A stretch of 64,000 bases of DNA, from the NCBI GenBank assembly GCA_963831435.1, contig CAWHQK010000082.1, forward strand, positions 22,741 to 86,740. Direction: 5' to 3'. Below are positions 37,781-47,378 of the stretch, one piece after another. Both the position numbers and the translations under genes were made by a program. The notes under the pieces were generated by a model that saw nothing but the letters and a program-made list of their open reading frames with translations, was not told the origin of the DNA and did not search any database. Source of the DNA: an uncultured Acidobacteriota bacterium. GTDB taxonomy: Bacteria; Acidobacteriota; Terriglobia; Terriglobales; Acidobacteriaceae. Each line of letters opens with the position of its first letter. The first letter of the stretch is position 1.

Positions 37781-40150
37781 TTACCCCCGCTGAGCGACAA
37801 CCTCAAACTGTCGTTCGTTCCCTGTACGAATAATCACAGTGTCGTGATTTCGGCCACCGAGACTTGCCTGGCTGCCGTTTACTTTGACACTCTCCAACTT
37901 AGCGCGGAGTGGAAGGCGTAACTTTATCTGGACTTCTTTCGGGCTTCCTGAGCGCGCCAGTTCAACGTGGGCCGTCACTGTATTTGCCGACGATTTCATG
38001 TTCAAGTTCACTTTTCCCCAACGTGTTGGCGCACGGTCGATTCTTATCTCCTTACCGGAAGCCAGCCAGTCGCGGGGAATGCCCTTGGCGAAGTAGAGTT
38101 TGTCTTCGTCGGAATCTTCAAGCACGAGCATCCAGCGCACGAGCAATGGAATGGTGAGTTGCGCGGGAATGCAAAAAAGCGCGCGGTCGCCGTCAATCCC
38201 TGAGACTTCGCCCGCTATCCAACTTCCCCGCGTGTGGTCGTGATAGCGGTGCGAGTATAGGAACAACAGGTATTCCTCAATGCGATCTAGGCGCAACAGC
38301 ATCTGCGCGTATCCATAGGAAATAAAGCCGAGGATGTCGCGGCCTTGCGGATGCGGCCGCTCAACATTGGCGACCACACCCAGAGTGGTGGCCCCGTAGG
38401 CGCGCATGCAATCAATCACGAGGTTGGCCATGTCGTCCGGAAGCATGTCGGCTTGCAACAACTCGGAGTACGCACGGTGCGCCCATTGCTGCGGCGATGG
38501 TCTTTCCCTTTCCATGGACTCGCGAAACATGAGCTTTGCGCCGGGAAAGAGTCCGATATATGCAGGGTTCACATCGTTGCGAATATTCTTTCGAATGCTG
38601 GCGACGACGGCGTCCTGCAATGTCTTGCTGCGTTTTGCCCAGGCCGCGGCTTGGGCGCCACTCTGGCGGTTAACCTCGGGCCACGTCTGGCTGATATCTC
38701 GCAGCCCGCGGGCAGTAAATGCGTTGTGAGAAAAATACGGCAGCCACCAGATTTCCGGATTGGGCATGAGGCAGGAGTCTGATTCGCTCCAGCCGTGAAT
38801 CAGTCCGTGGCCCGGATCATCTTGAGGCAATCGCAAACTCTCATCATGAAGTTCAGCGAGCAAGCTCGCTGTCGCTTCAATTTTAGAGCTGTGTTTTGCG
38901 AGGAGATCGCGGTCCTGCGTGTAATTAAAATACCGCGCCAGCAGAGACAGCGTCATGCCAAATTGCGCAGTTTCAGGTCCGCGCATATTGATCATGCCTT
39001 TGGCATCAACGAAACTTGTGAAGTAGTTATCAATGATTCCGCGCGCCTGCTCAAAACGCCCCCATTCCAAATTGCTGTAGACGGCGCTGGTAAAAATATC
39101 CTGGAAGCCATCGTATTCAGAACCGTAGTAATCGCGGTCCACGGCGCCATACTTTGGATACACTCCGCCCGGGCGCACCATGAGTTCTTTGGCGAACGCA
39201 TGCTTCGACATATCCACCCAGACATTTTGTGGAAGAGAAGCGGAAGCGAAATCGCTCAGAAGGTCGTCCCAGTAACCGACAAATATCAGCAGGGCGCGGT
39301 AGAACTGTTCGGGCTTAGGGTCCTCACGTCGCGGCGGAAAGGCGGGATAGCTATAGCCATACATCACTTTTACAATTTTGCCGTTCTCAATTCTTGCCGT
39401 GCGATGCCAGGTTTGCACAATGAACCGGTCGTGTGCAGCGACATCGCCGAACAGAATGACCTCATCGTAGGAGCCACTTTCCGTGGAGCTATCTTCCGCG
39501 AAGAGTACTTTGCGGACGGCAGGCATCCATCCACCGACCAGGCCGTCCATTCGTTTGCGCTGGAGTCTGCGGCTTCCTTCGGGAAAGAATTGCACTGGAT
39601 GGTAGGTCCGTGTGCTGCCATTGGAGAAAACCGGCATCGTATCGGAACATTCTTTCGTGCCCACGAAGGCATCCCAAGGCAAACGCCAGCTCGGCCCTTC
39701 TTCTTTTTTCGATCCCTGGGGCGGCGCGGCTGATTTGACCATCTCAGGGTCCGGGTCGCCGCCGCCCTGCAACAGGCGCTCCGCCAGCAGGTCCGGGCCG
39801 GACATGCCGATATCTTTCATGTTTATCCCGAGATTCGGAGGCCCTGCTTCGGCAAACGCGGCCTCGGCGCTCTTGGGAAGAATGCGCGATCCGCGGGCGG
39901 AGATAAAAGTGATGACTCCATCCCGCGTGCGCAGATCTTCATAAACCTTCCACGGAGTTGAATCAATCCTGAACTCGCATAGAAGAGTGTGGCCTTCGAT
40001 ATCCGGTTCGTGGTGAACAAGGCCAACGTCCAGCGTCTTACTCGGATCAGCGCCGCTTTGCTCACGCTCCTGTGCTGAGGCGAGCGCCGGAAGATAGTGG
40101 AGCGCCGCAGTCGTTACCGCGGCATTTTGGAGGAATCTTCGTCGGTCCAT
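37781..40150 (-). CDS. Tat-exported large hypothetical protein (789 aa), possibly an (alpha/alpha)6-barrel glycoside-hydrolase-like enzyme
   Basis: Twin-arginine signal MDRRRFLQNAAVTTAALHYLPALASAQ. The helical C-terminal two-thirds and the terminal beta region (KLYFAKGIPRDWL...RWGKVNLNM) are reminiscent of GH barrels, but no signature was recognised. Confidence 0.6.
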   Translation of the reverse strand: MDRRRFLQNAAVTTAALHYLPALASAQEREQSGADPSKTLDVGLVHHEPDIEGHTLLCEFRIDSTPWKVYEDLRTRDGVITFISARGSRILPKSAEAAFAEAGPPNLGINMKDIGMSGPDLLAERLLQGGGDPDPEMVKSAAPPQGSKKEEGPSWRLPWDAFVGTKECSDTMPVFSNGSTRTYHPVQFFPEGSRRLQRKRMDGLVGGWMPAVRKVLFAEDSSTESGSYDEVILFGDVAAHDRFIVQTWHRTARIENGKIVKVMYGYSYPAFPPRREDPKPEQFYRALLIFVGYWDDLLSDFASASLPQNVWVDMSKHAFAKELMVRPGGVYPKYGAVDRDYYGSEYDGFQDIFTSAVYSNLEWGRFEQARGIIDNYFTSFVDAKGMINMRGPETAQFGMTLSLLARYFNYTQDRDLLAKHSSKIEATASLLAELHDESLRLPQDDPGHGLIHGWSESDSCLMPNPEIWWLPYFSHNAFTARGLRDISQTWPEVNRQSGAQAAAWAKRSKTLQDAVVASIRKNIRNDVNPAYIGLFPGAKLMFRESMERERPSPQQWAHRAYSELLQADMLPDDMANLVIDCMRAYGATTLGVVANVERPHPQGRDILGFISYGYAQMLLRLDRIEEYLLFLYSHRYHDHTRGSWIAGEVSGIDGDRALFCIPAQLTIPLLVRWMLVLEDSDEDKLYFAKGIPRDWLASGKEIRIDRAPTRWGKVNLNMKSSANTVTAHVELARSGSPKEVQIKLRLPLRAKLESVKVNGSQASLGGRNHDTVIIRTGNERQFEVVAQRG

Positions 40151-40177
40151 ATCCTTATATACCTTCTATACCTTCGT

Positions 40178-42495
40178 CTAACGCCTGGTAACCGGCGCCC
40201 GGTCTTCTTTAATCTCAAAATTTTCCGGTGGCGTCACTCCCAGCAGATATTGCACGAAGTAGTCCCATCGCCGCCGCGCCAGATAATTGCTGTTTTCGCC
40301 GTGATACATATTGGGCACGAACAGCATGTCAAAGTTCTTGTTCGCCTTCATCAACGCATCGGCAAAGCGCATGGTTTCCACTGGATGAACGTTGTCGTCA
40401 ATGTCGCCGTGCTCAATCAAAAGATGCCCCTTCAAGTTTTTGGCAATGGTGACGTTGGATTGCGCTTCATAGTCGCTCCCAACTGGATATCCCTGGTAGG
40501 CCTCATTCCACCAGGCTTTATCCAGACGTGGGTCGTGATCCCCTGAAATGGAAACGGCGACTTTGTAGAAGTCAGGGAATACGAGCATGGCGTGCGCGGC
40601 GCCGTAGCCACCCGCGGAGGTGCCGTAGATTCCGACATGATTGATGTCCATATACGGATACTTTGCCGCCATCTGTTTGATCATCGCCACATGATCTTCA
40701 AAAGCGCCGCCGAGATTGTGATACGAGAACAAATGGAAGGCGTGAGAACGTCCAATGGTGCCTCGGCCATCTACCATGACGACGATGAAACCCAACTCCG
40801 CCATGGATTGCAGGCGCATGGTATTAAATGTTTTGGGAACAAAGAATCCTTGCGGTCCCGTATAGACCTGTTCAACGATCGGATATTTTTTCGAGGGATC
40901 GAAATTGGAAGGGCGCCAGATCAGGCCGTAAAGATCAGTAGTGCCGTCGGCCGCTTTGCCCTGGAAAGGTTCAGGAAATTTCCAGCCCGTCGCGAGAAGT
41001 TTGCCGGCGTCGGTTTTTTCAAGGACGCGAACTATGGAGCCGTCCTTGGTGCGGCGTAATACAGATTCCCCGGCAGGTCCGGACGAGAGTAGTTATCCAC
41101 GAAGAATTTTCCGTCCGGCGAAACACTCACGGTGTGGTCGGCATTCTCTGGAGTGAGTTGGGTGAGCCCCTTGCCATCGAAACCAATGCTGTACAAATGG
41201 GACTGATAAGGATCTTCGCCCTTTTCCCGGCCGTTTGCCCGAAAGAATATTCGACGCTCCTTCTCGTCAACGTGCACAATCCGGTCAACTACCCACGGGC
41301 CAGAGGTAACCTGGTTTTCCAGTTGTCCCGTGTCCGCGTGATAAAGGTAGATGTGATTCCAGCCGTCTTTCTCTGAACTCGCCAACAACTCATTGCTGGC
41401 ATGCACGAAGTGAAAGAAGGTTTCTCCGGGATCCAGATACTGGTCGGAGTGTTCCCGGAACAGCACCTTCTCCTCGCCCGTCTCGGGATTGATGACTCGG
41501 AACTCTTTGGTTTTGTATCCACGATCATCGGCATCGTAGTAAATGGTCTTGCTGTCCGGGAACCATTCGAATCCGGGGCCCTCCTGAAAGGGCAGTTCTA
41601 TCGCATCGGTCTTCACCTCGATGCGTTTTCCCGACTGAATGTCAAAGATGATGGGTTGTGCTTTCGCCAGTACCTCTCCCGGCAGGGGATACACATAGGT
41701 GTATGCCTTGGGTCGGAGCTGGCCCGGGGGAACGAACTGGAGGCTGGTAAAGCGTCCGGCGTTCCTCGAATCAAGGCGGTAGGTAATTAATTTTGATGAA
41801 TCGGGAGACCAGAAGACGGCGGCCTGCTGTTTTGGTTCATCGGTGCCCTGCTGGACCAAGAGACGGAGAGAAGGAAGCGGAGTCGCATAATCGCAGCTGC
41901 GAACTCCGTCGTGTGTCAACTGAACGATTTCTCCGGTGGAAACATTTCTTACGTACAGGTTGTAGTCCTGCACGTAGGCTGCCCACTTTTTGTCGGGAGA
42001 CAATGATTCATAGGGATTTTCGGCGGGATCCTCATGGCACTGGTAGTCGGCGAGAGTGCAGGTCCAGGAACTTTTCTCAATACTAAAGTGAATTGCGTTC
42101 CCTTCCGCGAATTCGAGGTCCTCAAGCGGCAAGTCGTTGGCTTTGTATTCGTGCTTCGATGCCCGGGTGAGCGCTGCGGCGAGCTTCTCATGATCGAACG
42201 CAGGGGCGCTGCTGTTCTTCTCCGCATCCACGAGGATGTATTCGATTCCATCCATTCCGACCCGGCGATACCAGAAGCGGCTGGTTTTTTCGATCCAGTT
42301 CGGTCGTACATCGGCGATGTAAACCAAGTGCCGCACATTCCCGCGAAGGAATCGCTCCGCGCGCTGGTAATCCTGGACCGTGCCTTGAGCGAAGGCATGC
42401 TGCGGCATTAGCCCGAGAAGTCCGAAGGCGGTCGCAAACACAACACAGCGGCTGATCTTTCCCAATCTCAATGAACGAATCGCTAAAAGTTCCAT
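40178..42495 (-). pseudogene. S9-family dipeptidyl peptidase IV-like serine peptidase, interrupted by one -1 frameshift
   Basis: The N-terminal propeller ORF (41032-42495, WSPDSSKLITYRLD) and the C-terminal alpha/beta-hydrolase ORF (40178-40819, GIYGTSAGGYGAA) belong to one gene. By hand translation the downstream frame stays open back to about 41060 (LRRTKDGSIVRVLEKTDAGKLLATGWKFPEPFQGKAADG...). The frames switch at the GGGG run (plus-strand CCCC, 41068-41071). Confidence 0.8.
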
Positions 42496-42503
42496 CCCAG
42501 CTC

Positions 42504-43651
42504 CTAACGTGATTGAATTCTCACCAGAACAACTCCGTGCCTTGGCACAAAGGCGCTGTAACTCTCCTTAAACGTGCCGAGATCCTTGTGTAGCCACAAG
42601 TCGCGAATGCTGGCTTCGCTTTGCACTCCGATTTGCGAGAAGTTGACTGTCATCTGCTCGGTCGTGCGCTGGCGGTTGAATAAACCGACAACTTTGCTCC
42701 CATCCGCCATGGGCTTCATCCAAACTTCGAATGGTCCTTCCTGAGACACTCGATACCCCTGTTTGCCGAGCGGGTCCTGGTCCACGGCGATGACTTCGCG
42801 GTTGGTAAGAATTTCGAGCGTGTAGGGCGTCATTCTCGACAGGTCATTTCCAGCGATCAGCGGGGCTGCAAGAATGGACCACAGGCTGAAGTGCGTGCGG
42901 TATTCGTCGTCATTCATTCCTCCATTGCCAACTTCGAGCATGTCGGGATCGTTCCAGTGTCCGGGCCCGGCAAACTTTTCCAGTCCATTCTGGTTAAATC
43001 CAATTTCCGCCATGACGCGATAGTCATCGGAAATATCGCCGGTAGTGCGCCACAAGTTGCCGCCGACGGAAGGCCCCCACTCCCAAACCTTGTTCCAGCC
43101 GTACTCGCAAAGACTGAATACGATGGGCCGCCCTGTTTTCTTAATCGCATCGTGCATTTTTGTGTACGCCGCGATCATTTGGTCACGCGTGCCGCTGGAC
43201 TGGCACCAGTCGTACTTCAAGTAATCAATGCCCCAGTTCGCGTATGTCTGAGCATCTTGCTGTTCGTGTCCCACACTTCCCTCGAATCCCGCGCATGTTT
43301 TGCGGCCGGGGAGGAGTAAATCCCAAGCTTGAGGCCTTTGCTGTGAACGTAGTCAGCCAGCGCTTTCATGTCGGGAAATTTTTGGTTGGCCTGCATGAAC
43401 CCGTTGGCGTCGCGTTGGCCCTGCCAGGTATCGTCAATGTTGAGGTAAATGTAGCCGGCGTCTCGCAGTCCGGTTGACACAAGCGCATCGGCGGTGGCGC
43501 GCACGGTTTGGTCGTCAACCCGCTCGGCGAAGTGGTTCCAACTGTTCCAGCCCATCGGCGGGGTTGCCGCTAGATTTTGTTGAGCGAAAGACGGCAAAAT
43601 GGAAAGGCAAAAAAAGATCGAGCACAACCAGGCTTTGTTCAGCAAGCGCAT
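42504..43651 (-). pseudogene. GH27 alpha-galactosidase-family glycosidase, interrupted by one -1 frameshift
   Basis: Signal peptide [26 protein letters not shown]27 motifs [29 protein letters not shown] and (in the next frame) [33 protein letters not shown]. The frame switches near 43303-43308. Confidence 0.8.
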
Positions 43652-43709
43652 TTGGATTCCTCTCATAAGCGATACGGATGTAGTTCGACCTTTCCTACTT
43701 CGCACTGAA

Positions 43710-44840
43710 TCAGGCATGAGCTTCGCTACGTACCATTCTTGACGGGAGATATGGTTCGAGAGCGATGACGGACTTCCTCTGTAAAAGCTGGTCCACCAAA
43801 AGCCGCGCGGTTGCCAGCGACGTGGTAATTCCCAGCCCTTCATGCCCAGTCGCCAGATATATTGTTGGATCCGTGGGCGAGGGGCCGATCAACGGCAGTT
43901 TGTCCGGCGTAGCGGCGCGGAATCCGCTCCAGATGCGAATTGCCAGCAATGCTCCCAGGCCAGGCATATATTCCGCGGCGCGCCGAACCATCCGGGCAAG
44001 AATGCCGCTGTCTATTTCTTTGTCTTCCGCACCGTATTGCCGGGAGGAACCAATGAGTACCTGTCCGGTTTTGCGCGGCTGTACGTTAAAAGCCACAGAA
44101 TCTTCTGTAGTGGAATGCGCACTCTTCAAATACCCCAGCTCAACCAGTTGGTGGCTTACGAAGCCCGGATAACGGTCGGTGATAATGAGGTGGCCTTCCC
44201 GCTTGTTGATCTCAATTCCGGAGACAATTCAGCGGCGTTAGCGCCGGCGGCATTCACTATGTGTTTTGCCATGATTTCATTGCCATCGGCAGTACGAATG
44301 CTTCCCTGCTCTATGCGCGTGACCGGAGAACCAAGAAAAAGCTTTGCGCCATTGGACTGGGCGCGCTCCATCAGAAAACGCGCGGCGCACGGAGCGTAAA
44401 GGACGGCATCTTCGGGAACCAGCAGACCTCCAGCCAGTCCTTTACGCAAATTACGGTTCAAGCAATTCCAGCTTTTTTGCGTCGAGGGTCTCTGCCGGCA
44501 CTCCGCGCTGGCGATAGAATTTTTCTTTGCGCCGCACTTCGGCCATCTCTTCTTCATCCGCAGCTACCCAAATTGTTCCGGTTTGTTCGTACTCAACGTC
44601 GGCGGGCAGTTCATTTCGCAATTCCAGCCAGAGCTGTTGTGAATAGCGGGTCAAGGCAAATTGGGCATCGGAGTCATCCATCGCCACGATGTGCCCCATC
44701 CCCGCGGCTGTCGCTCCGCCTCCGATGAAGTCGCGGTCTATCACCGCGACTCGCATTTTCTGCCGGGCACATTCATCCGCGCAGGCCGCACCTACTATGC
44801 CGCTGCCAACGATGGCGACGTCGTATGTGATTGCGCTCAA
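43710..44840 (-). pseudogene. lhpB: FAD-dependent DAO-family oxidoreductase (D-hydroxyproline dehydrogenase beta-subunit-like), two frame breaks
   Basis: Dinucleotide fold YDVAIVGSGIVGAACA. Three successive ORFs (44451-44840, 44156-44557, 43710-44129) read continuously if a T near 44453 is removed (EP-NLRKGLAGG) and a base is added near 44218-44221 (ELSPGIEINKREGHLIITD). The symbol is assigned by context only. Confidence 0.7.
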
Positions 44841-44925
44841 GCTGAATATCCTGCGTGGGCCTAGGTAGCCGTATGATGTTGATCAATTCGAGGCCAATTT
44901 TTAATTGCCTCTGTTGCCGCCACCT

Positions 44926-44954
44926 ATATTATGGATACAATATCCAAACGTCAA
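44926..44954 (-). promoter_or_regulatory. sigma70-like promoter with a palindromic operator in the spacer (upstream of the lhpB-like gene string; divergent from the permease)
   Basis: The minus strand reads TTGACG-TTTGGATATTGTATCCA-TAATAT (17-nt spacer). The spacer contains the palindrome TGGATA-TTG-TATCCA. It is nearly identical to 53708-53736. Confidence 0.6.
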
Positions 44955-45055
44955 ACCTATACCCAATGCGAAATGTAAAGATCGCTCTCGCTGGTCGGAA
45001 TCTCTACAGCCCGCGCCCTCGCTCGCTCCGATATGTCCTTAAAAGAGGCCCTGGC

Positions 45056-46565
45056 GTGGATGACCAACGGGCAGCCGAAATATTGGCCGGCAATCCAGAA
45101 ACAACCGACCAGGAATTTTCTCGCGGCTTAGGCCTCTTCGATTCCGTCATGGTCGTCACTGGCGTGATGATCGGCTCGGGGATATTCATCGTTTCGGCTG
45201 ACATGGCCCGCAATATCGGGAGCGCCGGCTGGCTGCTCGTGGCTTGGGCGGTAGCCGGCGTGCTCACGATCGCAGGAGCCCTTTGCTACGGGGAACTCTG
45301 GCAATGATGCCGCAAGCCGGGGGAATGTACGTTTACCTGCGCGAAGCGTATTCGCCGCTATGGGGCTTTCTCTACGGATGGACCCTTTTCACCGTCATCC
45401 AGACCGGAACTATCGCGGCTGTGGCTGTAGCCTTCGCGCGATTTCTTGGCGTGCTGTGGCCTTCCATTTCAGAAGATAAATATCTCGTTTCCCCATTCCG
45501 GTTTTCTACACACTACGCGTTGTCGCTTTCTACAGCGCAGGCCCTCGCAATTGTTGCCATTATCCTGATCACCTTCACCAACACTCGGGGACTGCGCTAT
45601 GGAAAATTAATCCAGAATGTTTTCACCGTCGCCAAGATAGGCGCGCTGGCTGGGCTGATTTTGCTGGGCATTTTTGTGGGACGCAACGCAACCGCGTTGC
45701 GGTTGAATTTCAGCCATGCATGGCACGTACACAATGTGACAGCGATTTCTACAGGGCTGGACGCAACCACTGCGCTCGGCCTTTTTGTTGCGATCTGCGT
45801 AAGCCAGACAGGATCGTTATTTTCCGCGGATTCATGGCACAACATCGCTTTCGCGGCTGGCGAAGTCAAAAGGCCGGAGCGCAATGTGACTCTGGCCATG
45901 GTCATTGGCACGACCGTCGTGATCGCACTCTACCTGCTGGCGAACTTCGCTTATTTGTTCACGCTTCCCTTACAGGCAATCCAGCATGCCCCCGCGGACC
46001 GGGTTGGAAGCGCTACGCTCGAGGCGATTATTCCGCACCTTGGAGGCGCCTTGATGGCTGGCGCGATTATGATTTCGACCTTTGGAACCATCAATGCGCT
46101 CATTCTGACTGGCGCTCGCGCGTACTATGCCATGGCGCGGCAAAAATTGTTCTTTGCCTTCGGGAGCAAGCTGAACCAGGTAAAAGTTCCCGCGTCTGCG
46201 TTATGGATTCAAGCGCTTTGGGCCGTCGTGCTGGTATTGCCCCGCACTTACAATCCGGCAACCGGCCAGTGGGAAATCTTTATAGCAATCTCCTGGACTA
46301 CGTCATTTCCGTGGCTTTGATCTTCTATGTGCTGACGGTGGCCGCGGTTTTCCGGCTCCGCATAAAACGGCCTGATGCCTCCCGGCCTTATCGCACTTTT
46401 GGATATCCCTACGTGCCGGGGCTTTATATACTCGGAGCAAGCACGATTCTGGCCGTCTTGTTTATTTACCGCGCAGCGACAACCTGGCCCGGATTGATTA
46501 TTGTCATCCTCGGAATTCCCATTTATCTTCTGATTCGTCACGGGAATAAGATGGAGCAGCATTAG
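45056..46565 (+). pseudogene. APC-superfamily amino-acid permease, two frame breaks
   Basis: GTG at 45056 follows AAGAGG. Motifs GLGLFDSVMVVTGVMIGSGIFIV and (next frame) MPQAGGMYVYLREAYSPLWGFLYGW. The breaks are near 45299-45301 and at the GGG run 46271-46273 (QW-GNLYSNLLDYVISVALIFYVL). Confidence 0.75.
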
Positions 46566-46606
46566 GGCTATACTGGTTGTTCGATTTTCGCTGCACAAGT
46601 GCACAC

Positions 46607-47335
46607 ATGGCTATGGACAACACATCTGGGGCGATTCCGCGCCAGTCGCTCAGTTCCGCGGTGGCGGAGAAGCTCCGCAACCAGATTATCCGGGGAGAAA
46701 TTCCCGAGGGATCGCAATTACGCCAGGATGACATTGCACTGAAATATCACGTGAGCCGCATCCCGGTCCGCGAGGCATTGCGGCAGCTGGACGCGGAAGG
46801 GTTAATCACAATTGTCCCCAATCGCGGGGCGATCATCCCGCAGTTGTCGCCGAATGACATTGAAGAACTGTTCGCAATCCGCGCTCTGTTAGAGCCTGAG
46901 GTGCTGATGCTTTCCATCCCCCGGCTCACATCAACGGACTTCGTCGAAGCGGAAGCCGTATTAAATAAATATGTGGATGAGTTGCAACAGGAGTCGCACA
47001 TCGCAACCTGGGGCCAGCTCAACTCCCAGTTTCACTCCATCCTTTATTCGCGCGCTGAGCGGCCGCATTTCATGTCCATTATTCGCAACGTGAATCACAC
47101 CGGGGAGCGCTATACGCGGTTGCAACTTTATCTCACGCATGGCATGAAGCGTGCGAATGAAGAGCACCATCAAATTCTCGAATTGTGCCGGAATCGCGAA
47201 GTCACAGCCGCCTGCCAACTCTTGCGCGAACATATCCAGCATGCCGGGCAGTCTCTTAAGCAGGTGGTACAGGAAAGCCACCAGATGGCTAGGCCCGTGC
47301 ACAAACAGCGAGCAGCCAAAAACCCGCCTCTCTAA
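46607..47335 (+). CDS. GntR-family transcriptional regulator with FCD ligand domain (HypR-like by context)
   Basis: Winged-helix segment: LRQDDIALKYHVSRIPVREALRQLDAEGLITIVPNRGA. FCD-type helical C-terminus with His residues (FHSILY, EHHQILE). Confidence 0.85.
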   Translation: MAMDNTSGAIPRQSLSSAVAEKLRNQIIRGEIPEGSQLRQDDIALKYHVSRIPVREALRQLDAEGLITIVPNRGAIIPQLSPNDIEELFAIRALLEPEVLMLSIPRLTSTDFVEAEAVLNKYVDELQQESHIATWGQLNSQFHSILYSRAERPHFMSIIRNVNHTGERYTRLQLYLTHGMKRANEEHHQILELCRNREVTAACQLLREHIQHAGQSLKQVVQESHQMARPVHKQRAAKNPPL

Positions 47336-47378
47336 TTTGAGCGTTCGAGTCCGAACCACCCCGTATATTTCTTGAATA

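Noticed and set aside
40178-46565. Programmed ribosomal frameshifting as an explanation for the split genes
   Set aside because: I saw no slippery heptamer plus downstream structure at the junctions. The breaks occur in unrelated genes, in both +1 and -1 senses, and up to six times per gene. Mutation or sequencing error is far more parsimonious.
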